Positions 50,848 to 60,732 of a stretch of 64,000 bases of DNA are shown in pieces. Position 1 is the stretch's first letter; each line of letters opens with the position of its first letter. The notes under the pieces are model-generated. The model saw only the letters and a program-made list of their open reading frames with translations. It searched no databases and had not been told where the DNA came from. The stretch spans positions 96,001 to 160,000 of the forward strand of contig OY970173.1 of the NCBI GenBank assembly GCA_963707635.1, given 5' to 3'. The translations under genes and the position numbers were made by a program. The DNA comes from Candidatus Latescibacterota bacterium (GTDB lineage Bacteria > Krumholzibacteriota > Krumholzibacteriia > WVZY01 > JAKEHA01).

Positions 50848-52100
50848 TCATTCCAGCAGGACCGCGCGCGCGACGCGCGCACCGAGCGGCGTCGTGATCC
50901 GGACCAGGTAGACACCCGAGGCCACCGGCAAGCCCGCCGTGTTGCGGCCGTCCCAGCGCACCTCATTGTCGCCGGCGGCATACACTCGGCCGCGAGCCAG
51001 CGTCGCCACGCGCTCACCGAGCACCGACCACACCTCGGCCGTGACCGCCATTTCACCGGGAATCCGGAATCGAATCGTGGCGGCCGGGTTGAAGGGATTC
51101 GGCACCACGCCGAGCACCGCAAACCCGGCGCCGGGCGGCCCGCCGACCGCGGTGACTCCGTCGATCGAAACGGGGAACGTGGTCGGTTGGTTGGAAGCAT
51201 TGCTTGAGACCGTCAGGGTGCAGTTCGCGGGACTCTCGGAGGTCGGCGTCGCGCACACCTTGATCATGGTCTGCCCGCCGGGCGCCACCGAATGCGCCGT
51301 CATGGTGGTGTCGATGCTGAAGGGGGCGGCGCCGCAGCCGGAAATGCCGTCGATCAGGAGCGTGTCGCAGCCGGTGTTGGCGACAAAGACCGTGTCGCAG
51401 GTGGTCTGGTTGACGGGGATGTTCGAGAACACCACCTGGGCCGGACTCCTCTGCGCGGTCACCTTCAACGAGCGATACTTCACATAGAACAACCAGTCGC
51501 CGGAGAACGCCCAGCGCGCACGCGCTCGACCACCCGCCGGGGATGGCGAATACGACGTTCTTTCCGCGCCTGGCACCCGTTGCCGTCGTACACGACGGTG
51601 CCGGCGCAACAGATCTACCCGAATTGGATTGAGGAACTCGAGCGTCACGGTGAACGGGCCGGACTCGATGCGAATCTCGCCCGGCAGCGAGGCCGAGGTT
51701 GTACTCGTTGATGACGCCGTCGGTGAGTTGCGGACCCATCAGCGAGAAGATCGGGCTGCCCGGATTCGGAAGCCCGCCCGCGTAGATGTGAATGGCCTCC
51801 TCGAGCGCCTGCCCGCTCCCGCCAAACTGCGATCCCCACCCGATACCGACCTTGAGGATCTCGATGGGATAGTCGGACGCCGGGCACGGTGAACACCGCC
51901 CCGGCCTCCTCGCCGGCGACGAAGCAGGGGCACAAACCACTGCCCGCCGCGCCGGTGTAGTTCTGGAATGGTCCCACTCGGAACACTGCGCGCGGGCCTG
52001 CGCCGCGCACAGGGTCGCGCCCGCAACCAGCGCGGGCACGAGCGCGAGGCGCAACGAGCGGCGAAACGCATCGACACAAACGGTGGCAAGAGTGTCTCAT
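50848..52100 (-). CDS. Secreted Cys-rich protein with Ig-like and FlgD-Ig C-terminal domains (multiple frameshifts)
   Basis: Coding pieces alternate between three frames; C-terminal PNPFNP..TIRF...WDGRN..G.PVASGVY. Confidence 0.7.
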
Positions 52101-52168
52101 GATTCCCTCCACGTTTCGGACCGACTTTCCCGGAACCCGACGCTGCATTCCACATGCCACGGCGACAT

Positions 52169-53339
52169 TCACGGCGGATTCTCCGCGGTCAGCGTCCGCG
52201 CCAGCCAGGCGGCGGTGATTGCGTTGCCGCGCGCGTTCGGATGACTGTCGCGCTCGAAGTAGAGCGGGCCCGCGCCCGCGGTGGCCGACAAACACTTCGC
52301 GCGGATAGTAGAACTCGATGCCGTGGTCCGCGCAGAAGGAAGCCAGCCGACGGTACGGTAGCTCGAAGTCGAGGCTCGCGGCGTCGACACCGGTGCGGCG
52401 GATCATCTCGGCGCGCCAGGCCGCGTCCATTTCGAGCTTGAGCGGCATCGCGAACACCAGGAACCTCGCCGAGTCGGCGCGGCAGTCGGATGCGAAGCGG
52501 AGCAGGATCCGCTCCGTCACCGTCCACGCCGAGGCGACCGCGTCGCTCCCGCGGGTGTCGTAGACCGACCAGTGGGACAGGTGCCGAAAGGATTCGTAGC
52601 CGTGCGGGGCATAGACCACGTCCTCGCGGACCCGCTGCGCGACCGTGCGCTGGGCAAGCCGGTGCTTCACAAAGAGGAGGAGCCGGCTCTTGCGCAACCA
52701 CCGCTTGCCACGCGCCCTGAGGCCGAGTGGCGGTGCAGCCGCCGGCGGTATCATTCGCAGCGAATCCCCATCCACCACGAAGCGCGGCTTGGTCCCGCCC
52801 TCGAAGAGCGCGTCGTCGAGCGCGTTGTTGACGATGTCGTTGTTGGTGGTAAGAGTCAGGACGACTACGTCGGGCGCGAGAGAACGGAGCGTGCGTTCGT
52901 AAAACAGCATCTCCTGGTCGTTCCCCCACCCCGGGATCCCGGCGTTGATCACCTCGACCTTGTCCGCGAGCGCCCGCCCCAGCACGTCCGAAAAGCGATC
53001 CTCAACCTCGAGACCGCTTCCGAACACCACCGAATCGCCGATCACGAGCACGCGGCGGACGCCGGGGCGCTTCTTCGGCGCGACCTCGCGCTCGCGGAGC
53101 CCGAGGGAATTGGTCTGGATGTGGCTGTGAAATCCGCGGTCGGGGTCGTTGCTCACCAGGCGGGCGTTGGGTTTGAGGCTCCAGCCGAGCAACGGGTCGT
53201 AGCGAATGACACTGTCGACGTACTGCGGGTGGTAGACGGCGCGCAGCACGGCTTCCGCGCCGACCAAAAGGACCACGGTCGTGGTCACGAGCACGGCCAC
53301 GTTGGCGCGTCCAGAGTGGGACCTGGTTGTCGTGGGCAT
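52169..53339 (-). CDS. SGNH/GDSL hydrolase family protein (frameshift near 52290)
   Basis: N-terminal TM anchor; NSLGLR, IGDSVVFG, INAGIPGW, NND; DSHPNARG (DxH) in an adjacent frame. Confidence 0.85.
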
Positions 53340-53497
53340 GAATCACCGTCGAACCCGCGTGATCCGCGCGTGCCGCCGCCAAGCCCCGTGCCCGCCGGGA
53401 TTCTAGCACACTCGCCCACGCGGTGCACGTGGACGCAGGGCGCGCCCGTCATTATAATGCACGCGACGTCTCAACCCACGTTCGAGAGTCCACACCC

Positions 53498-54415
53498 ATG
53501 CGCCGTCTCATTCTTCCCATTCTCGTCATCGCGGGGGTCTTCGTGTGGCTGGTGGTGCGCGGCGCGCGCGACGACGTCACCTATTACACCGGCACCATCG
53601 AGGCACGCGACGTGCAGCTGGGTTCGCTGGTGGGCGGTCGCATCGCCGAGGTTCGCGTCGACGAAGGCGATTCCGTGCGCGCGGGCGACGCGATCGTGCG
53701 CTTCGAGTCGAACCTCCTTGATCCCCAGGTGCGCGAGCAGGAAGCCCGGGTCGCTCAGGCCAGAGCCGCGCGCGACCGCACCGTCACCGGGCCGCGGCGC
53801 GAATCCATCGAACGCGCCCGCATCGAGTGGGACCGCGCGGAGCGGGAGCGCGTCCGCCAGGACTCGCTGCGCGACCAGCACCTCACCTCCGACGAAGCCT
53901 ACGAGGCCGCCGCCGCGGTGGCCGAATCGGCGCGCCAGACCTACGAGGAACTCAAGGCGGGCAGCCGCAGCGAAGACGAGCGCGAGGCGGTCGCCGTGCT
54001 GGCGGCCGCGGAGGAGCACCTCTCCTACCTCCAGCACCAGCACGACGAGCTGGTGGTTCGCGCACCCGCCGACGGCGTCGTCCAGACCCTCGACCTCCGC
54101 CCAGGCGACATCGTCCCCGCGAATCAGCCGGTAGCGACGCTCCTGTGCCGGGGCGACCTGTGGGTGCACGTGTACGTGCCCGAGACGCGTCTCGGCTCCT
54201 TCCGTGTCGGCCAGCACGCGAAGCTTTCGATCGACACCTATCCCGAGCGCCTGTTCGACGCGCGCGTCATCTCGATACGCGACCGCGCCGAGTACACGCC
54301 GCGCAACGTGCAGACCGCCGAGCAGCGCGAGGACCACGTGTTCGCGGTCAAGCTGGCGGTGGCACCGACGCCGGAACTCAAGCCCGGCATGACGGCGACG
54401 GTACGCTTCGAATGA
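53498..54415 (+). CDS. HlyD/YbhG-type membrane fusion protein
   Basis: GTIEA, GGRI.EV.VDEGD.V, RAPADG, AEYTPRNVQT, LKPGM. Confidence 0.92.
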   Translation: MRRLILPILVIAGVFVWLVVRGARDDVTYYTGTIEARDVQLGSLVGGRIAEVRVDEGDSVRAGDAIVRFESNLLDPQVREQEARVAQARAARDRTVTGPRRESIERARIEWDRAERERVRQDSLRDQHLTSDEAYEAAAAVAESARQTYEELKAGSRSEDEREAVAVLAAAEEHLSYLQHQHDELVVRAPADGVVQTLDLRPGDIVPANQPVATLLCRGDLWVHVYVPETRLGSFRVGQHAKLSIDTYPERLFDARVISIRDRAEYTPRNVQTAEQREDHVFAVKLAVAPTPELKPGMTATVRFE

Positions 54416-55407
54416 TCGCGCCCAGCGACACGGGTGAATACGGCATCGAGGTTCGTGGAATCTCGCACGATTACGGCCCCGTGCACGCGCTGCGCGACGT
54501 CAGCCTCGCCATCCCGCGCGGCATGATCTTCGGCCTGCTGGGACCGAATGGTTCCGGCAAGTCGACGCTGATCCGGATCCTGTGCGGGCTCCTGCGGCCC
54601 ACCAGCGGGACCGCGCTCGTCGACGGCGTCGACGTGCGCGCCGATGCGAACCGCGTGCGCCGGCGCATCGGCTACGTGCCCCAGCGCTTCTCCCTCTACG
54701 AGGATCTCACCGTCATCGAGAACCTCAACTTCTTCGCGTCGGTGTACGGACTCTCGGGCGCGCGCGTCGAGGAACGGCGCGAGTGGGTGATCGGGCTGGT
54801 CGGCATCGACCCGTATCGCGACCGCCTCGCCGCCGCCCTCTCGGGCGGGTGGAAGCAGCGGCTTTCGCTCGCGGCCGCGCTCATGCACGAGCCGCGCGTC
54901 GTCTTCCTCGACGAGCCGACGGCGGGTATCGACCCGGTCGCGCGCCGCGAGCTCTGGAACCTGCTCTTCGACCTGTCCGCCGCCGGGGTGACGCTGCTCG
55001 TCTCGACGCACTACATGGACGAAGCCGAGCGCTGCAGCCGCGTCGGCTACCTGTACGCGTCGCGCCTCCTGGTCGAAGGCGAGCCGGAGGATCTGCTGCG
55101 CCTGCCCGAGATCACGCCGCCGGGCACGCGCCGCGTCGAAGCCGCGTGCGAAGGAACCGCCACGCGCGTGCTGCGCCACGCGCGCGCGCTCCCGTACGTC
55201 GAAGACGTGACGATCTTCGGCAACAGCCTGCACCTGCTGGTCCCGGAAACGGTCTCCGATGAATCCATCCGGCGTGATCTTTCCGAGCAGGGCGGCGCGG
55301 GACTCACCATCCGCGGCATCCCCCCGTCGCTCGAGGACGTGTTCGTCCGCCTGACCGCGCTCCAGGCCGAGGACGTCGCCGCCACGCAGAAGGGCCGGGG
55401 CGCATGA
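54412..55407 (+). CDS. ABC transporter ATP-binding protein (YbhF-like)
   Basis: GPNGSGKST, LSGGWKQR, FLDEPT, STHYMDE; ATGA overlap with the preceding gene. Confidence 0.93.
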   Translation: MIAPSDTGEYGIEVRGISHDYGPVHALRDVSLAIPRGMIFGLLGPNGSGKSTLIRILCGLLRPTSGTALVDGVDVRADANRVRRRIGYVPQRFSLYEDLTVIENLNFFASVYGLSGARVEERREWVIGLVGIDPYRDRLAAALSGGWKQRLSLAAALMHEPRVVFLDEPTAGIDPVARRELWNLLFDLSAAGVTLLVSTHYMDEAERCSRVGYLYASRLLVEGEPEDLLRLPEITPPGTRRVEAACEGTATRVLRHARALPYVEDVTIFGNSLHLLVPETVSDESIRRDLSEQGGAGLTIRGIPPSLEDVFVRLTALQAEDVAATQKGRGA

Positions 55408-56510
55408 GAGGGTTTCTCGCCGTGCTGCGCAAGGAAGCGATCCACATGCGCCGCGACAAGGGCACGCTGCGCCTGGCGCTCATGATTCCGGTGTTTCAGC
55501 TGGTCCTGTTCGGCTCCATCGACACGAACGTGCGCGACGTCCCCACCGCCGTCTTCGACCAGTGCCGCTGCCCCGACAGCCGTCAGCTGCTCGACGAGAT
55601 GACCGCGACCCGCACCTTCCGGATCACCCGCCACGTGGGGTCGCGCGAGGCGCTGCGCGCGGCCATCGTCGAGGGGAGTGTGAAGGTCGGCATCGAGATC
55701 CCGCCGGATTTCGCCCGCCACCGGCTCGAAGGGAGCGAGGCGACGTTTCTGGCGCTGATCGACGGCTCCGACAATTCGATCGCGTCGCAGGCGCTGGGGG
55801 CGATCGACGGCCTCGCGCTCACGCGCTCGCTGGAGGAAATGTCGCGGCGGACCGGCATCGCGGCGCTCCCGGTCGCGCCGCGGCCGCAGATCCTGTTCAA
55901 CCCCGACACGCGCAGCGCCAATCTTCTGATCCCGGGGTTGATTGCGATCCTGCTGACTTTCTCGGGCACGCTGCTCACCGCGTACGCGATCGTGCGCGAG
56001 CGCGAGCGCGGCACGCTCGAGCAGCTCATGGTGACGCCGGTGTCGTCGATCGAGATGATCCTGGGAAAGCTGGTCCCCTACCTGGTGCTGGCGTTCGTGC
56101 AACTGGTGCTGGTGCTCCTCTTCATGAACACGCTCTTTCACGTCCCCATTCACGGGAGCGTACTATTGCTGTCCGCTCTCTCACTGATCTATCTCACGTC
56201 GCTCCTGTCGCTCGGGCTCATGATCTCGGCGCGCGCCGCCACCCAGATCGAAGCCACCCAGGCGGCGCAGGGTATCCTGCTGCCGTCGATCATGCTCTCG
56301 GGGTACATCTTCCCCCTGTCCTCGCTGCCGCTGCCGCTGCGGTTGATCTCACAGGCGTTGCCGGCGACGCATTTCGTGGCGATCTCGCGCGGGATCATCA
56401 TCCGCGGCGCCAACCTCCACGACCTGCTGCACGAAGTGGTGGCGCTCGTTATCATTTCGACGGTGCTGCTCACCGCGAGCATCACGATCTTCCGCCGGCG
56501 CCGCCTCTAA
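55404..56510 (+). CDS. ABC-2 type permease (YbhS/R-like)
   Basis: IVRERERGTLEQLMVTP, GKLVPY, MLSGYIFP. Confidence 0.92.
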   Translation: MRGFLAVLRKEAIHMRRDKGTLRLALMIPVFQLVLFGSIDTNVRDVPTAVFDQCRCPDSRQLLDEMTATRTFRITRHVGSREALRAAIVEGSVKVGIEIPPDFARHRLEGSEATFLALIDGSDNSIASQALGAIDGLALTRSLEEMSRRTGIAALPVAPRPQILFNPDTRSANLLIPGLIAILLTFSGTLLTAYAIVRERERGTLEQLMVTPVSSIEMILGKLVPYLVLAFVQLVLVLLFMNTLFHVPIHGSVLLLSALSLIYLTSLLSLGLMISARAATQIEATQAAQGILLPSIMLSGYIFPLSSLPLPLRLISQALPATHFVAISRGIIIRGANLHDLLHEVVALVIISTVLLTASITIFRRRRL

Positions 56511-58225
56511 CGCCCGCTGGCACCCTCATGCACCGTCAGGTACTCGAGGATGGCATCGAGCGCCGGGTCGCGGTTGTTCCGATAGTCGTCCGAGGTCATC
56601 TGCGCGATCAGATCCGGGGCGATCCAGACTCGCGCGTCTTCGGACACGCTGTCCTGCCAGAGCCGGGACGACGCGTTCGCGACCAGGCCGCTGTACGGCA
56701 GGACGATGTTGTTTCCTTCTCCCACGAAATTCGGCCGCGATCCCGTCGGCTCCCCGACGAAGATCACTTCCGTGCGCCGGTCCAGCCAGTTGCAGAAGTT
56801 CTGACACGCACTGAACGTCTCGCGCCCGATGACGACGAACAGCCTGCCTCGCTGGTTCACGCGCTCGGAGGTCTCGATGCGCTGGGCAAGCGGACGGGCC
56901 AGAAAGTTGTTGCCGCCGTGGTTCTCGCGCACGTCGATGACCAGCGCTTCCACTCGGTGGCTGTCGACGAAATCGAACAGCCTGTCGGTGAAGTCCGCCA
57001 GCGTCTCGGTGCTGTCGTCGAGAACCTCGCGGAGGCACGCATAGACGATCCGCGGCGCTTCCAGATACTCGAGTGTGTAGAGACGATCGGGCTCATGGCG
57101 CCACAACGGCAACGGTGTGGCGGCGTTGGCCGACATGTCGACGTACCCCGGCGGTATCCCGCGCTCGTGTTGCGCCCGCAGCGGAGCCGGAGTCACCTTC
57201 GTGGTCGATTCCTTCCCATTCGCCCCGACCACAGTCACGCCGACCGCGGTGAGTCCGTCGCAAATGCGGAGCGCGTCGAGCACCTCGACGCGCGAGAGAT
57301 AGCGCGGCGCCAGCCACCGGATCTGCTGCGTGTTGTCACGCTGGACAGTGGTTGCGACCCGCTCGAGTGCTTCCTTCGTGGGAAGATTGCCGACTCGCAC
57401 CACGCGCTTGCCCACCAGCGACGCGTACTCACGGCTGGCGGCGCGCACGAACAGTCCGTCTTTGAACTCGTAGAACTGGAGCGGGAGGGCGTGAAAGGCG
57501 AGTCGTCCTTCCGTGGGCGCACCAACCACGGTGTGCCCATCGTTGATGCGCACCACCAGCTGCATCAGTGCGACCACGACTTCGTGGTCTCTCATTGTGG
57601 AGAGCGAATTCGTGATCCGCGCGATCTCGCCGTCCCACTCCGCGCGTGAGATGTACCGGAAGGGGTCGTAGTGCGTCTCGGCCACGCGGCGCGTGAGGTA
57701 CTCGAGATCGATCCGCCACCCGTCCGCGCGCGCGATAGACGGCGCCACCGCAGGCAGTATACGACTGCGAAACGCCGGTGTGTCCCGGATGCTGTTCAGG
57801 TCCGAGTCCGTCCGCAGCAGATTCTCCCGGTCTCGCAGCCCGGCTTTGATCGCCAGCTCGATGGCGTCAATTGCTGCGTCCGCTTCCCCGAGGAGCGCGA
57901 GGCAGCAGCCGCGGTTGTAATGGCTCGTGCCGACGTTGTACCCCACGGCCGCGGACCGTTGGTACGGTGCGATCGCCTCGCGGTATCGCTTGCGGTTGTA
58001 CTCGGCCGTGCCCAGCCGGTACCAGAACCGGCCCTGGAACGGATTCTCGGCGGCCAGCTCGGCAAAGAGCACGGACGCCTTATCCCATTCCTTGGCCTCG
58101 AATGCCGCTTCGGCGGCGTCCAGCTTTCGCGATGCCACGCTCGGCGAATCGGCCGCCGGTGCCACCGTGGCGGCGAGAGACAGCACGCCCCCCATGATCG
58201 CCTGAACCCAGAGAACGTGTTTCAT
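56507..58225 (-). CDS. Secreted TPR-repeat protein with S41-like peptidase domain
   Basis: Signal peptide, TPRs (HYNRGCCLAL), DGHT, IDVRENHGGN, GRETFSA, VGEPTG, IAPD. Confidence 0.8.
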   Translation of the reverse strand: MKHVLWVQAIMGGVLSLAATVAPAADSPSVASRKLDAAEAAFEAKEWDKASVLFAELAAENPFQGRFWYRLGTAEYNRKRYREAIAPYQRSAAVGYNVGTSHYNRGCCLALLGEADAAIDAIELAIKAGLRDRENLLRTDSDLNSIRDTPAFRSRILPAVAPSIARADGWRIDLEYLTRRVAETHYDPFRYISRAEWDGEIARITNSLSTMRDHEVVVALMQLVVRINDGHTVVGAPTEGRLAFHALPLQFYEFKDGLFVRAASREYASLVGKRVVRVGNLPTKEALERVATTVQRDNTQQIRWLAPRYLSRVEVLDALRICDGLTAVGVTVVGANGKESTTKVTPAPLRAQHERGIPPGYVDMSANAATPLPLWRHEPDRLYTLEYLEAPRIVYACLREVLDDSTETLADFTDRLFDFVDSHRVEALVIDVRENHGGNNFLARPLAQRIETSERVNQRGRLFVVIGRETFSACQNFCNWLDRRTEVIFVGEPTGSRPNFVGEGNNIVLPYSGLVANASSRLWQDSVSEDARVWIAPDLIAQMTSDDYRNNRDPALDAILEYLTVHEGASGR

Positions 58226-58388
58226 GACAGATCCTCTTCTTGTGTGGTGCCCGAGACGGGCGATGTGAGCCGGGACGCTCCCTGTCTACGTGTTCGCGGG
58301 GCACCGGGTTGCCGGCGATGATTTGTAATTGGGAGGGAGTTCGAGTACGCTCGGACTCTACACGGTCGTAACTCCGGGAGGCGTTGTG

Positions 58389-59279
58389 ATGATTGCGATC
58401 ATGGGGGCGAGCGGCCACACCGGCCGAACCGTCGCCGAAATCCTGCTCAAGGACGGCCAGAAGGTGCGCGTGATCGGTCGCGCGCGCGACCGGTTGCAGC
58501 CGTTGATCGATCGGGGCGCAGACGCCGCGGTTGGAGACGCCGCCGATGCCGCGTTTCTGACCGGGGCATTTCGCGGGACTGACAGCGTCTACACGCTGAT
58601 GCCGCCGGACCCCACGCATCCGGACTACCGCGCCTACCAGACCAAGGTCGGCGAAACCATGGCGAAAGCCGTGCGGGACAGCGGGGTCAAACACCTCGTC
58701 TTCTTGAGCAGCGTCGGCGCCGACCAGCCGTCGGGAACCGGCCCCATCGCCGGCCTGCACGAGCATGAACAGCGCCTCAAGACCATCCGGGGCCTGAACG
58801 CGCTGTTTCTTCGCGCCGGATACTTCTTCGAGAATCACCTTCTGTCCCTGGGGCTCGTCAAGCACCAGGGCATCAACGGTTCGGCCCTGCGGGGCGATCT
58901 GCCCATCGCGATGACGGCGAGCGCCGACATCAGCCGCGAGGCCGCGCGGGCGCTGCGCTCCCGGGACTTCGCGGGCGCCACCGTGCAGGAACTGCTGGGA
59001 CCGCGCGATTTCACTCTCAAGGAGACAACGAGCATCCTGGGCAAAGCGATCGGCCGCCCCGACCTCGCCTACGTGCAGTTTCCGTACGAGGCGGCCTTCG
59101 ACGGCATGGTGTCGGTGGGTCTGTCGAAGAGCATGGCGTCGCTCTACGTCGAGATGTCACGCGGGTTCAACGAGGGGAAGATCAAGAGCGTCGAGGGGCG
59201 TAACCTGCGCAACACGACCCCGACCCGCTTCGAGGATTTCGCCGCAGACGTTCTGGCACCCGCGTATCGGACGATGTGA
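58389..59279 (+). CDS. NmrA-like atypical SDR (NAD(P)H-binding)
   Basis: IAIMGASGHTG, VFLSSVGA, LRAGYFFEN. Confidence 0.9.
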   Translation: MIAIMGASGHTGRTVAEILLKDGQKVRVIGRARDRLQPLIDRGADAAVGDAADAAFLTGAFRGTDSVYTLMPPDPTHPDYRAYQTKVGETMAKAVRDSGVKHLVFLSSVGADQPSGTGPIAGLHEHEQRLKTIRGLNALFLRAGYFFENHLLSLGLVKHQGINGSALRGDLPIAMTASADISREAARALRSRDFAGATVQELLGPRDFTLKETTSILGKAIGRPDLAYVQFPYEAAFDGMVSVGLSKSMASLYVEMSRGFNEGKIKSVEGRNLRNTTPTRFEDFAADVLAPAYRTM

Positions 59280-59289
59280 GGAGGCCGAA

Positions 59290-59502
59290 ATGAGAAGAGC
59301 GTTCTTGTATGCAGCCGTGTCCGCGCTTCTGCTGGCAGCGTGTTCATCGAAGCAGGAAAACAAGCCGGCGATGACCGAGCGCCAGCGCGACAGCACCATC
59401 GCCGCGTCGAAGCTCCCCGGCGCGGGCGTGGTGGGCAAGGCGCTGGAGCAGTCGGACTCGGCGAAGGCACGCGCCGAAGAGTCGGAAGACGAGACACCCT
59501 GA
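59290..59502 (+). CDS. Small lipoprotein
   Basis: GAGGAGG RBS; lipobox LLAAC. Confidence 0.75.
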   Translation: MRRAFLYAAVSALLLAACSSKQENKPAMTERQRDSTIAASKLPGAGVVGKALEQSDSAKARAEESEDETP

Positions 59503-59520
59503 TTCAGCTCGCGCGCCCAT

Positions 59521-59556
59521 GCGGACGCTCCGCCCGTTGCCGGGCGGAGCATCCGC
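59521..59556. terminator. Long hairpin between convergent genes
   Basis: GCGGACGCTCCGCCCG-TTGC-CGGGCGGAGCATCCGC (one mismatch); no U tract. Confidence 0.45.
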
Positions 59557-59581
59557 TGCCCTCGGTATGACGCCGCGTGGC

Positions 59582-60520
59582 CTAGTCGGACGCGACGCTC
59601 CAGCCTTCAATCTCCGTTTCGAAACTCCGGGCCAGGGCCGAAAGATCCGCCGGCGGGACCGATGGATCCTCGCGCACCGCGGCAATCCGCACCCCGTTGG
59701 CAATGGCTTTCTCGTTCGTCGGGTTCGCATTCACGGCGGATGCGTAGGCGCTCTCCGCCGCGCGCGCGTGGCCGGTGCGTTCGAGCGCCATGCCGAGGTT
59801 ATTCCAGAACACCGCGACGTCGGGGCGCAACTCGACGGCGCGCGCCAGCGCGGGCAATGACGCTTCGAATCGTCCCTCCACGATGGCCAGGTAGGCCAGA
59901 TTGTTCATCGCCCAGGCGTCCTGTGGGTCAAGCCGGATCGCGCGCTGATACGCAGTCGCCGCCTCGTCCGCGCGTCCGAGCGCGTGGCATGCGCGGCCCT
60001 TGAGCCGGTACGCCTCCCCGGATGAGGGGTCGAGAACCAGCGCGCTGTCGATGGTCGCCAGCGCTTCGCTTGGCCGGCTGGCGTCGAGCAGCACACGCGT
60101 GAGATTGAGCCGGCTCTTCGCGTGCGCGGGGTCGAGGGCCAGGGACCGCTCGAACGCCGTCTCCGCGATATCGAAACTCCCGTCCTTCCACGCGGAGAGC
60201 CCCAGCATGTAGTGCCCCCACGGGTTATCGGGTATGCGCTCCGTGTAATGAGTGAACGCGACCACCGCCTCGCCGTAGCGTCCCGCAAGGAAGTCCGCCT
60301 CGGCTGCTTCGTACGTCACTTCCTTCGGCGGCTCCGGTGTCGGGACCACCGTCTCCGGCGGCGCGGTCGCGGTCGTTTCCACCACGGGCGTGGTCGTTGG
60401 ATCCGGTGCCTTCTTTGCGATGATTTCGTCCTCGTCCGTTCCGCACCCCGCGGCGACCAGCATCCCTGCGAGCAGGGCGATCACCGATGGGTGGGAGCTG
60501 CGTCTCAATTCGTTCAACAT
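59582..60520 (-). CDS. TPR-repeat lipoprotein
   Basis: Lipobox AAGC; multiple TPRs (AMNNLAY, FWNNLGMAL). Confidence 0.85.
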   Translation of the reverse strand: MLNELRRSSHPSVIALLAGMLVAAGCGTDEDEIIAKKAPDPTTTPVVETTATAPPETVVPTPEPPKEVTYEAAEADFLAGRYGEAVVAFTHYTERIPDNPWGHYMLGLSAWKDGSFDIAETAFERSLALDPAHAKSRLNLTRVLLDASRPSEALATIDSALVLDPSSGEAYRLKGRACHALGRADEAATAYQRAIRLDPQDAWAMNNLAYLAIVEGRFEASLPALARAVELRPDVAVFWNNLGMALERTGHARAAESAYASAVNANPTNEKAIANGVRIAAVREDPSVPPADLSALARSFETEIEGWSVASD

Positions 60521-60561
60521 GGCAAACCTCCTGGGCCGTTACGGCTCCAGGCACTGCCATG

Positions 60562-60578
60562 CGCAAGCGCTTGACCAA
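60562..60578 (-). promoter_or_regulatory. Sigma54 -24/-12 promoter of the TPR lipoprotein gene
   Basis: TTGGTCAAGCGCTTGCG: GG-N10-GC, about 40 nt upstream of the ATG. Confidence 0.65.
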
Positions 60579-60675
60579 TGGTGACCCACGGCGGAGATTT
60601 CAAGTACAACATTAATAAATACAATTTGTTACTGGCTCGGATCGAATCGGGAAAATCCTGTCGGAGGGAGCCGCA

Positions 60676-60727
60676 TGTGTCCGTGCGGACACACTGGAAG
60701 GATGCCTCCTGTGTCCGAATGGACACG
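60676..60727. promoter_or_regulatory. Two palindromic enhancer (UAS) boxes
   Basis: TGTGTCCG-TG-CGGACACA (60676-60693) and TGTGTCC-GAAT-GGACAC (60710-60726). Confidence 0.6.
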
Positions 60728-60732
60728 CCGAT

